Below are positions 52,616 through 64,000 of a DNA stretch of 64,000 bases, in pieces. The stretch lies in contig NC_135260.1 in NCBI RefSeq assembly GCF_964204865.1, positions 20,894,001-20,958,000 on the forward strand, given 5' to 3'. Under the pieces are notes generated by a model that searched no databases, was not told where the DNA came from, and worked only from the letters and a program-made list of their open reading frames with translations. Origin of the DNA: Styela clava. Its lineage: Eukaryota. Position numbers and translations under genes: made by a program. Position 1 is the stretch's first letter. Each line of letters starts with the position of its first letter.

Positions 52616-54718
52616 CTGCTCTTGAAGAAACGTACTTATTCTCTTCGGAAGAATATTTAAAGTGTCATTCGAGCAAGTTCAATAGGAGGCTCGACACTGT
52701 TTGTCCTTGGGTATATTCATCTATCTGAGTTTCGCACACTTTCGATGAAAATCGAGCGTCGTAGGAAATTTTTAGTCGCTTGCGTCGTGTATGACCCGCA
52801 TGAGAAGCATTCTTCTTACCAATGACAATACATAATACTAATAGTATATTAACTGGTTTCGTATGTATGTATGTATGTTTATTAGTCTCGTAGTAGTAAG
52901 CAATATATATAAAAAATTGACAATATTAATATTGGAGACTGGACGCATGCACAAGACCGTACTGGCCTAAAACACAAATGTGCGACATGCACCCCTTTTG
53001 ACAAGTACAGAACAAAAAATGTTAGATTAAATGCATATGATATACGACTTTCGTATTGGGGGACACGACTTTCGCGTAGGCTAAATCGTCGCAATTGTTC
53101 ATATCCCTGAAAAAGTTGAAAATTAGGCTCGCAATAAACAGTATATGAAACACTTGACCGGGACAGTGCGACTTGAACCAACCTTTCCGAGGCTCAGCAT
53201 AAAAGGTGATAAAATGATTAATAAAAACAAATAAATAAAAACTGATTATAAAATCAGGAAAGCAAACAAAACCTTGGACAAGGTTTTAAACGTACAGAAT
53301 ATAAGATGGAAGGTTTTGCCAAAAAGAAGTGGTAGCCTACGTGTTCACACACCTGAAATTATTGAATCCATTCACACACACAACCACAAGGCTATAATAA
53401 AATTAGAAAAAAGAGAGAAGCTGCAGCTAAATTATATATTAAACAAAAATGCAGATGCATGTAGATGTTGGCTAAACATCATATTATAGTAGTTCTCCAT
53501 CTCTCACTGAACTAGTAGAGTGAGTCGCAAATCAGTGATAATTGGGCTGCCTCCGATAAAAAAAATGTATTGATATTAAATAAAAAATATTTATGACAGC
53601 TATACCGCATGGCAGGGATGTTTAAGTCTGCCGGGCGTAATAGTTTGTCAAAATTGGACTTTCCCGACGTAAGTCTACAAACTTACAACTCACTTCTGCG
53701 TAGAAAAGTTTTCAGAAAAACATTGCGTCATCATCATTCATTTGAGTTGGCGAGTATCGAGTTACTTGGACCAATTTGATATTACAGAGTCAGAATAAAC
53801 CGTAATTCGTATAAATGTACGAGTTTTCAAGACATTCCTGCAATTGTTAATACACTTTCTATTTGCCAAACACTTTAGCCATCTCAGCGAAAAGTAGAGA
53901 AACTGAGAATAACTGTAAAACACGATTCTTAGTCACAACAATGTCGGATTCACCATTAGGCAAGATAGACTTGAGCCTATATTGGCGTCACTGTAAGAGG
54001 GGCCCCTCACAAATGACATAGCCTAGGGGCCTCTCATCGGCCTCGTTCGCATGCATCTATTCCACGATAGCAGTAAGTAGATTGGTATGGTAGCGTGTTA
54101 CCAGGCCACATGCATAGCAGAAATATTATATGTGATACCACCGATTTGGAAAGATGAATATGTATTTAGGATGTGCAAAGTAACTTTCGTTGAACCCAAT
54201 GCAAATAATCTATTTACTGTGCAAACGTCATTTCACGTCGTTATCATTTAGTGCATACGATATTTGCGAATTAGATGAGCCGAGATAGTCCTCCTCAATT
54301 ATGCCCGTTTCAATTTAAGCGTCACCGAAATCGCTACCAATACAATTCAGCGGAGGTGAGTTCTGTACCAATATTTATGATAACAACGCGCGCGTACAAC
54401 TTTAAATGTGTCGGTAAACACGTGGTGTATCACCGTCGACAACTTGATACCTCACTGATGGAGGACGCCCTAGGCAGTGCACGATAACTAGAAGTTGAAA
54501 TTCGACGTCTGAGGACCATTGCCAAAACTGCATATCAACCAGTGACAAGTTGCACAAGTCGCAAAATCACCTCCGTAATGGGTAATTTGCAGCCCAACCC
54601 TTATGACCTCAAAACTGCCTGTTGAAATGCAACATGAAACCAAATAAGATATTGCCCAAAATTTTTATTGCAAGTTCACAATGCATTGCGATACAAGATG
54701 GGCATATTCTGGAACTCT

Positions 54719-57700
54719 TCACCACTCTGTACTCGCTCCCCAATCTGCTGTGACACCAGGAGTGGTTCCCGCGGCTGGTGGTGGTGGTGCTGGAGCAGCA
54801 CCCCAATCGCTGGCTTGATTCGGGTCAGGAGCTGCTGACCAATCATCAGTTGTGTTGGTATCGAAACCCCCAGTAGCAACTTGTTGGGTTGTTGGTTGAC
54901 TGGCACTAGCATCCAAGATTCCAGTTTGCTCACCAGCCCAGTCTTGTTGAGTCTGCAAAAAGCGATGTGAATATTAATTTATTATTTCAAGGAAATTTGC
55001 TCAGAGCAACGTCAAGTCACTCACTCAGGATAAAAGAGACTCATTTATGAACATTATTGATATTCAAACATGCATTACAAATCACCACAATTCTATATAG
55101 TTTCAGCATATTTTGGCAATGAGATTGGTCAGCATGCTACTTCAAGAGAGAATTATTTTGTCATCAATACAATAAAAATGTGACAGCAATAAAATTAAAT
55201 TGATTTGGTATGCACAGGAGAGAGCAATACAATGCTTGGGAGTGTGCACAACCTTGCTTGGAGTCAATGTGTAAAGTTTAAAGTCATATGTAAACCCTGC
55301 TTTCGGTACTCCCGAAGTATGTGAACCAAGATGACGGACACTGGAACGTAGTATATGTACCAGTTTAGGGTCAGACCATAATTTCAGGTACAAATACTAC
55401 GGGAGTCACTTGGCTAGACCCCGAACTCGTAATAGAATCGAATTATGGGAAATTGGAAAAAAATAATGGTCTATTATTAAATTATCAACCCTAACCTGGT
55501 ACACATACTACTTTCCGGTGTCCGCCATCTTGGTTCACATACTCCGAGAGTACCCTGCTTTCCAACTAAAAAACCAAAGCAATATTGTTACACCTACCTG
55601 TTCACCACCCCAGTCTTGTTGGTATGATTGCTGCTGTTCAGTTTCTTTTTGTTCTTTCTCTAATTGAGCGATTTCATCCTTCTCAATTTCTTCTTGTTCT
55701 CTGAAGAAGTAAAGATCAGCCATGACATCCCAATCTTGAGTGCGGGAAATTGTTCCACGAAGGCGTAAAACCTGCAAGTGTTGTAGAACAAAACAAATTC
55801 TTTTAAAAAAATGTGATGAGTAAGCTTAAACTAGTAGACAGACCACTAAAAATAATATTCGAAATCTCGATTTGAAAAAGATTTCACAGAATGCCCAGTA
55901 CGTCCACAAGCTTGCAGACTATTCATTGCTTTTTCCAAAGCAATTTACATTGCACGATATGTAGAACTTTCACAACTTAATGCAAATGAAGAATATTTAG
56001 TATCAAACCATTTCCCCTTAATTCAACAGTTAGAGCTATTAATTGAAATACAAAAAACAATCGCAATGGGTGACCAACGTTTCCACTTGGTTTTTCTAAT
56101 AGGAATCTAAAAATTATGTTACCCAGAGAACCCTAATGCTACAAGCAAAATTAGCTTACCTCTCGTGCAAGCAACCACCACATGAGACCAATAGAATGCT
56201 TGGCTTTGTTATTGCAAGGGATGGCAATATCGACGTATCGAAGAGGAGAATCAGTGTTTGTGAATGCAATCACAGGGATGTTGACATAAGCGGACTCACA
56301 AATAGGTTGATGATCAGTGCGAGGATCCGTTACAATCAACAAGCGAGGCTCTCGGAAGACAGCCTTAACAGAAGATTGATTATGTTAGGTTGTTCGCATA
56401 AAGTTCACTGCATTTACAAAATTACAGATTTTTTTAAAATTTGGTACCAGTTATTTTTTATATCATTGACAATTAGATCACAGAATATACAATAATAAAA
56501 TTCAATAATATTAACACAAGCTAACTATAGATCTCAGATCTCATTTGACGAAATGTACCTGGATCTGATTGGTGAAAGCACCAGGTGTGTATCTTCCAGC
56601 AATAGCAGTTGCACCAGTAGCAGATGCGAATTTGAGAACAGCACGTTGTCCAAACTGTTTCGATGAAATGACACAAATATCTACTGGATTCTCAATTGCA
56701 ACAATCGCACGAGCAGCAAGTTGAAGCTTCTCCCAGGTCTGAATTAAAAGAACAATTAGAAAATAAAAGCATGTTGTACAAATACACTCTGGGTCGCGAG
56801 AAATTGGGACTTAACACCATGGCAAAACCAATCTCCATAATTTAACCATTTCTGATGAAAAATAGTTGGGTCCAATCGACTTTTCTACAATTTGCAACCT
56901 AACCAGAAAAACAAAAAATTGATATAAAAAGCATCAGCCCTGCTATGCTGCAATAAGCTTATTCGGATCGGCCATATCTCAATGATTTCCACTAATAGCA
57001 TATTAAAGTTGATCAGGTCTAATAGCTTTTCCGATATACAAATCCTGTTTCTGCGAAAGTATCAAGTAAACAAACAAATTCAAGCACACCTTTTTCAGAT
57101 TGATGATATAAACTCCATCGGCACGAGTTTTGTAGATGTATTGTTCCATCTGAAAGTCGCAGTTGGTTGTACCGATATGTGTGGTCGCAGCCAACATTTT
57201 CGATACATCGTCTTCCTTCAGACTCAGAATATCCAAACCTACAAAATTCAATTTAGCACAACTTTTATGAATACATAAAATAATACATACGGTTCATATA
57301 TATACAGCATTTGTCATGATTTAAACAGGGGTACAGATTAATAGATTTTAAATTAACTATATTGGTAAGAATGCAGTCACTTCTGTATTGCAAGTAAATC
57401 ATGACACATCCTAAATGTTAAAACTATTAATTGAAAAATTAACTCCGAAGGTCCGATTATCTTCGAATCTTAGAACTGTGCCGCACTATTAAACAATAGA
57501 CATGAATGTACTGCATGAGCAATCTCACCTTATAATATAATTTAAAGAGAGCAAAAATAAAACAGTTTTAATCGGGCTTTAAGCATAAACGAATAGGAAA
57601 AAACACAATGAGATACAGGCAAATCAGGCATTAGTTGAGGTTGTGGGAATAGTGATAGAAATATACAAGCCGGTGATATACAGACTTTTCCGACCACATG

Positions 57701-59105
57701 ACAGTTTGAGTTATGACTTTGATTGCCTTGGGGAGTTATGGACATGTATTGATTGATAGTAAGAATCGTATTCCATCTCAAACACTCCAAGAAACTTTCA
57801 TATGATAGCTTAATACAGCATTACTTGGGTTTGTTTTCTAAATTCACCAAACATAAATTTGCGTGCTGCTGGAACGTAATATTATTGGAATTAGGATAGG
57901 ATTGACATATTTATCCCATGGGAAAGAAAAGACAATAAGACGACTTAATCATAAGGTGGAAAACAGCCTCCTGTTCAGTTACCAGTCCATGTCGAGTATA
58001 GGATTAGTTTGCCAGTTATTTGATTCAGATGAATGGACTTGTTGGAGTAGGAAGTCGTAACAGACCAGCAGTTTTGGGAACCCCCCTACGGCAGCGAGGA
58101 GTCCAGCAATCCTCTCGCACAGAATTATACCCCATATCTAGTCTGGATTTCATGGCCTTTCTCCACAAGAAATCCCAGATCCCGCGTGCAATTATTTACC
58201 GCGGCGCGCCAGCGTCTGAGCCTGCGTGCAAACTTACCGAAATCGTGTGAAAAACCTAGATTCCTAGCCCGTAACTGACATAATTGTCCGATTTAAAAAT
58301 ACCCTTGAATAAATCAGTGTATAATTTTTTTGAACGAAACATTCTAACTGGGGCTTTGGCGCACAATTCAGTCTTGCAAAGCGACATTGCGTATTTTTGC
58401 TCAGGTCGAAGATCAATTATTCGGCGCAATCAGATTGTGATTAAGGTAACAAGAAGCCTTACGTTTCAAGAGAGGCCCACTTAGTTGTTGATTGGCATGT
58501 AGGTGAAAGCCGAAAGATGCATGTTGTCTATAATGGGTCAGTTTGTAATGTTAGTACTGTTCATTGGTGTCTGTTTCATTCCTCCACCCTCAATACTGTC
58601 GGATATCTGGATATAGGCCTAATGGCAAATGGTGAGCAATCACAAATTTTCCGGTGTGTAAAATGGATTTCACTCGCGTGCATTTGTGGGAAATAATAGC
58701 GTACTGTGGCGTGCACCTGTCGCAGAATCCCATCCGGTTCCGCAGCATTCGAACCCACACTGAGGGAATCAGAGATGCGTTGGTGACACCAGACCACCGA
58801 GCCCATTGGAGAACTGTGCCCTACCAATTTTGAAGAGTTCTATGGAAAATTTTTAACAAAACCTCCATTGGGAGTTCACTTCAAATGAATTGTGATGGAT
58901 ATAGCTTATTTTCGATAAAAACAAACACCATGCACTGCAACCATTATTGCAGTATTGTGCATGGTCAGAGTCCTGGAGTCAGAATAAGTTATTTCATCAA
59001 TCGATTCGCCAGTCACGGTGAATTTTAAGAAGTTTCCTTCATAATACAAAAATAAACATCAAGAGTGGTTATATTGATGTGTTTAAGGGACATACCTCCT
59101 GACAT
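54719..59105 (-). CDS. RPSA: 40S ribosomal protein SA (uS2), 316 aa; exons 59105-59096, 57238-57090, 56738-56559, 56363-56160, 55771-55598, 54952-54719
   Basis: [15 protein letters not shown]...[18 protein letters not shown]...[13 protein letters not shown]...[10 protein letters not shown]...[18 protein letters not shown], acidic tail with DW repeats ending ..ASTEW*; polyA signal at 54664-54669. Confidence 0.97.
55305..55554. mobile_element. Merlin-type MITE (family A) in RPSA intron 5
   Basis: GGTAC...GTACC TIRs, perfect 8-bp TSD ctgctttc. Confidence 0.85.
57890..58125 (-). mobile_element. 5'-truncated SINE copy in RPSA intron 1
   Basis: Matches the SINE body and ATCCT-type tail. Confidence 0.6.
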
Positions 59106-59179
59106 GTTGACGGTTCCGCCTTTATTTTTCAGTTACGAATGGTAGAACTCGAAAGTACAGCCGCCAGAGACTTGATGTC

Positions 59180-59320
59180 CGCGAAAAGAACGTGACGTCA
59201 CGTATTTTTTCCCACGTGCCTTCAGTGTTAAAGGTCGTCGGTTGAAGTTCATGAAAAAGCTTTATTTAATATTTCCGCATGGCTGATTTGTTCAGTTTCC
59301 TAGAAATGGAAGGTTAACGT
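59180..59320. promoter_or_regulatory. Bidirectional RPSA/ATPAF1 promoter
   Basis: Minus-strand TCT/5'TOP motif TTCTTTTC (+1 C about 59188), perfect palindrome ACGTGACGTCACGT 59190-59203 with a CRE core, E-box 59213-59218. Confidence 0.65.
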
Positions 59321-59374
59321 GAAATGAGCGATTTGCGAGAATCATTTCTTAATCATCGCATATTTTTGAATAAC

Positions 59375-62300
59375 ATGAACTTGGCAAGGAATTCAAGACA
59401 ACTATTTCCATTAATATTGGGTAACTCAAGGTAAGAATTGATATGATTCAGTTATGTAAGGTAGAGCTCGACCGATATCACTTTTTGACGCCGATACCGA
59501 TACCGGTATCGATTTACATATTTATCCCGGGGAGAGGAAAGCCGATAAGACGGCTTATCCATATGGCGAACCACGGCCTCTCGTCCGGTTACCATTCCAA
59601 GTCGGGTATGGGATTAGTTATATTGTTTGTTTTCGGAAGCATGGACTTGGTGGTGGAGGAAGCCCTAACCGACCAGCGGTTACCGGTACGTGAACCACCC
59701 AACGACGGCGAGGAGTCCAGAATCCTCTCGCACATAACCATCCCTGCATGGGATTCGAACCTGCGAACCCACGCAGAGTAATTAGAGGTGCGGTGGCGAG
59801 CGTATTCCTAACGCTTAGCCCGTTGAGCCACACGGATAACCGATATCGCTATGCCGATATTAATATAAATCATATTTTGAGCCACGCTTTTATGATGCAC
59901 CTTGTGAGTCTGTAGTTTCATTTTGATATTTATTATCATGGCAGTAAGACTTTTATTTAACTAACTCCAGTTAATGCTCGGAACAAATGTTATTCTGTAA
60001 CTTTTCCTGCCACTTCAATATCAGTCTAGCTATTTCCAGGAATAAGAATTGTTAATTTGACGTTTTTAAATATAACTATGGACATATGTTAAGGGTATTA
60101 TCGTGATAATGATAAATTCCTTCGATATCGTGATAGCATATGTGCAGTTACATGTGAAATTTTTAATAACTTTGTTTCCAAAGAATCTCAATACCTTATT
60201 TAGTCAATAATAATGGATTAAGTTTTTATTTTGTAATTTTCAGCAAAATGATAAACAACCATCCTTATAGACAAAACTGTTACCCCAGAAATTTAAAATT
60301 GAATTTGGGGAGGTCACAAATTCAGAACTGACATTATTGCTTTGAGCTACCTGTACCATGTTTCTATGATTACTAACTCACCAGCTTCCAATCGATTCTA
60401 TTTATAGAATCACCGTTTAATGCTGTTACTAAATTTGTTTTTTTCTCATTGTGTACTCTCTCAAAAACGTCACTTTATAAAACGTCATTGTTAATCAAGG
60501 TAATAACTTTTCAGTTATGACCATGCATGAAATGGCTAATCATAAGACACCGGGAATTAGGGGAGACACCTTTATAACGCAAAATGAAAGCGAGAGAAAT
60601 ATTGGGAAACCAGTTGCGCAGGGGCGAGAGCCGTTGCAGCACGCAGCCCGGCGCTTGCCGAGTATGACTGATATATATCGGTGGTTTACGGCCGATATGA
60701 TATATCGGCAAACAGGCAATATTGGCCCGATATATCGGTCAAGCTCTAATGTAAGGATCCGTCCACGAACGAAGAGTGGAAGTCTGGTATAGTTCAGTAC
60801 CACATGTACTTCCAGTTGGGCTGGCCCAATTTTTGCATATGTCAATCCTAACCCCCACCTGACTACGTCACCAAAAAATTTCGTCACTGCGAAGTCCTAG
60901 TAGCGAACTAAAGCCCTCCAAAGTGTACGGATGGTCGTCCAAAATGCGCAGACGATCACCCGAAATCGAGCAAGCTCTCTCGTTTCCTCGTCGCACCGAT
61001 AACGATATGAGAGGGATCGCAGGAGTTAGCGAGTTTATTATCGGCGCGCAAATACCGTTTCGGGCGATCGTAGCTATACTTTGGCAAGCTCCATTGTGTG
61101 ATTGTGACATCGTAGTGATGTAATTTTTGGATGACATAGTCAGGGAGGGTTAGGATTTACATATGCAAAAATTGTTGAGTCAGGGTAACTAGAAGTGCTT
61201 GTGGTACTGAACTGTACCAGACCTCAGCAGTTTTGGATGTGGAACTTGTCATAATCTTATCAAAAAACATCTAAAAAACTACTGGTACAAAAATTTAACA
61301 ACAAATAGCAAATATGTAATTTTTTTTCAGGAGGGTGTCTATACAACTTCAATAAATAAAACAAATTTCGAATTTATGCATAGAAATGGACATAGGGTGG
61401 CTTACCCGCTTTGCGGCCACGACCTATTTGCGACCATCAACTTCATCGATTAAATTAATGATGAAAAAATTAACGAACCGCGACGATATTTCTCACGTGT
61501 TATCGTCCGCTTAGCCCTCGTAGTTCTGCGAAATTACACTAAAATGCAACCACAAACAAAAAAGTTACGACCGAAAACCCGACCGAAGAAAAAAACGGAC
61601 CATTTTTCCATGTCGTCAACTACCCATTGTTCCTTGGCAGGTGGGTAGAGTTGTGTTTCTTTTAACCATCTTTAAAGTTTCGCGTTTCTACATTTGAAGG
61701 AGGGGGAATAGGGGGGTGCACATTTCCAATACGTCGATAATATCTTTGTCTACCAATTTGCGACCACCGTGTTTTTGTCTGTTTGATTGCTGTGATGCGG
61801 TGCTTTGTTTATAATTTGACGACTTTTGTTCGAAATAACCGTGTTCTTAAAATATATGACGGTCAGAAATGCAATTAGAAGCCTATTTTTTTCACGCATG
61901 GCTGCGTATGCCCTAGTCTCGACGCAGCAGAAACGATGTTCAAGGCTTGAAATCTGTGGTCGCACACTGGTCCTTCGGTCGCAAATACGTCTTCAGAGTG
62001 TTCTACTTTGGCGGTTTGTATAACTTTAACCCCTGGTCGTAGAAAGTTAATTCGAGGTTTAGCGTGTAGAATAAATGACAATGCACCTACGGTAAAAAAA
62101 TTAACGGGTTAGAAATATTGGTTTTTGTTTTATAGCAGTTTGAATGAAATCGTTCGCAGACTGGCTACACCACCCTAAGACAAAACTGCAATCTTGCATT
62201 AAGCGTCACTTTTCTTAAAATGCCCAAGTACATTTCTTCATTGATAACTGTAATTCTATCAACTTCGCTGTTTATTCAGGTTATTTTATAGATTGAACCG

Positions 62301-63910
62301 ACAGATTTCTGTATTTACATAAAAATAATACCCATTGGGACTACGGTATTCGTGAGGAAATTGTATTCCTTTAAATGATATATTAAAGATACTAACCTGA
62401 AAAACTCCACTTTTACTCAGAACAGCATTTGCCGCTGCACAGTCAAAATCCATTGCAATGTCAGTCACAAAGTTCTCTAAAGAAGAATTGGACATTAAAT
62501 TGGATAAAAATCCTTATTATGAAAAATATGCAGAGAAAATAAAGAAGTTGAAAGAGTAAGTGCAATTGAATTATTCCATCTCTTTGTAACAGCATTTTCC
62601 TAATGTCTTTTACTTATAAATTTGTATTTATCTGCATGGGGCTGACAAGGGGCCATGTTCACATTCACAACACGACGTAAGTACCTCTAGTTGGCGTGCA
62701 CAACCATTTTAGCATATGTTATTCCTAACCTCCACCTAACTACGTCATAACGAGATCACAGCAACGTAATAAGGCCCCCAAACTAACTTTCATTCGAGAC
62801 GTGCGGACTATCACACGAAATCGGAGCGAGGTATTTCTCTTGTTTTCTCGTCATGACGATCCTGATATGATATATAAATAAAGAACTTCCTGCGTTTATT
62901 GAACATGCGCCCTGACATGTTTCTGATGAGAATAAAGGATTATCTTTAGCAAGTAGGCTACTTCTCACCTCTATTACCAAATAAAGGATCCTCATTTTAT
63001 GCTTTCATATGGTACCTGAAACATAATTCTTGCACTGCTCATCTTTTTTATATTTATATTTTTATAAATAGATTAAAATGGTACTCGTAATCGAATATAA
63101 AAAGTTGCTAGTGTTGATTATGTCAAGTGAGTTGTGGAGTGAGAGTGTTCAAAAGCTTTCTGAAGCCGACATTGGACACTATTTTTTTAATATATTACTG
63201 ATTAATTTCATTTTAATATATAGGACAAATCCTGAAGAATATCGCAAAAAACTTGATGCAATCAAAAAACTTTCATCAAAACCATCATCGAGTGAAAACA
63301 AAACTAATGACACTAAACAGAGAACATCGAAATCTGCAGATTCAAGTAGTGTTGATCCAAAGAGGAAGGTCAGTTATGTTGAATTTTTCAATTTTGTGTT
63401 CATGATTTGTTATTACAAGTATACTAAGAAGAACTAGTTTCAACAAATTAGCTATCTTCTTGCCTCCTTTTATGATTTCCTGGGCATTATAAACCATTAT
63501 AAACTCTTTTATATAAAACCAGTGCCAAAAGTATCTTACAACAAATAAAGTTTTTAAAATCAACTTTTTGAAATTAATTTTTTTTTTTATTTCTCATAAG
63601 TGAATAATCCATTTATTTGTGTATTTATATTACCATACTGTCTGGTTTTCAAGTTCATTTAAATTTAAAAAACTGTCATTCAAAAGCGTTCATACTTGCT
63701 AATGATGTTTGAAATATGTCCAGACTAATGGGAATTGACATTTTCAAGGGCCTTGATGCGATAATGAAACTGGAACTCTTGGAATACAAATCGGCTTCAG
63801 AAATCACAGAATTATGGAAAAATTATTATAAAGATCGAGATGCTGTATTTGCCGTTATACAAAGTAATACATATCAGGCTCTCCATTTGAGAAGACAGGA
63901 AAACCCAGTT
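59375..63910 (+). CDS. ATPAF1: ATP synthase mitochondrial F1 assembly factor 1 (Atp11), 3'-incomplete; exons 59375-59430 (alternative in-frame ATG 59324), 62421-62555, 63224-63368, 63749-63910
   Basis: Presequence-like MNLARNSRQLFPLILGNSRTAF; LDKNPYYEKYAEKIKKL; LDAIMKLELL...EITELWKNYY...VFAVI; TACTAAC branch point before 62421; junctions in phase. Confidence 0.85.
59462..60748. mobile_element. Non-autonomous hAT element (TAGAG ends) in ATPAF1 intron 1
   Basis: TAGAGCTCGACCGATAT / ATATCGGTCAAGCTCTA, CCGATA subterminal repeats, perfect TSD atgtaagg. Confidence 0.85.
59511..59833 (-). mobile_element. Full-length tRNA-derived SINE nested in the hAT element
   Basis: Pol III A box TGGCTCAACGGG (59830-59819) and B box GGTTCGAATCCC (59761-59750); several dispersed copies in the window. 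Confidence 0.8.
60782..61222. mobile_element. MITE with about 120-bp imperfect TIRs
   Basis: GTCTGGTATAGTTCAGTACCAC... / ...GTGGTACTGAACTGTACCAGAC; related fragment at about 62690-62750. Confidence 0.75.
61393..62177. mobile_element. Dispersed TIR element; left-end fragment also at about 12310-12430
   Basis: TAGGGTGG / CCACCCTA ends; about 120 bp of similarity to 12310-12430. Confidence 0.5.
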
Positions 63911-64000
63911 GTGAGTATCTTTGGTATTTCTTAATAATTTGAAATGGAAATACTTTTGACAAGTGGCTTCTCAAACATCTGGCTTCGTGGGCATTACAAA

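Noticed and set aside
54998-55075. Two CTGA boxes on the RPSA sense strand in intron 5
   Set aside because: No credible C box or terminal stem; the putative rRNA complementarity is short and needs wobble pairs
59750-59833. Possible tRNA gene
   Set aside because: No cloverleaf, and it continues into a multi-copy body and tail, so it is a SINE head
60511-61137. Cluster of overlapping short ORFs
   Set aside because: They lie in GC-richer MITE sequence inside ATPAF1 intron 1 and show no transposase motifs

Overview
AT-rich, intron-rich eukaryotic DNA with short GT-AG introns and dense MITEs/SINEs. The protein sequences look like an invertebrate chordate such as an ascidian (inference only). I assembled six spliced genes by hand: an hnRNP A/B-D (squid-like) gene (+, 11801-18659); a J-domain-less RJL/DNAJC27-like GTPase (-, 26763-27727) head-to-head with a TCTEX1D1/DYNLT5-like dynein light chain (+, 28394-32555); LIN54 (+, 37999-47346); and RPSA (-, 54719-59105) head-to-head with ATPAF1 (+, from 59375, running off the window). 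There is also an intronless lipocalin-like ORF broken by one in-frame TAG, and orphan exons near 1.8-2.2 kb. Two introns of the hnRNP gene each hold a near-identical box C/D snoRNA of the snR38/SNORD1 type. It has compensated non-canonical C/D boxes and a second rRNA-complementary guide. Much of the rest is transposon-derived: Merlin-type MITEs with TTAGGG units, many hAT MITEs with 8-bp TSDs, a tRNA-derived SINE family, a piggyBac-like MITE, a TA-flanked element with an internal minisatellite, and Gypsy and LINE relics. There are no prokaryotic systems or CRISPR arrays. Most short ORFs in the track are noise or single exons.
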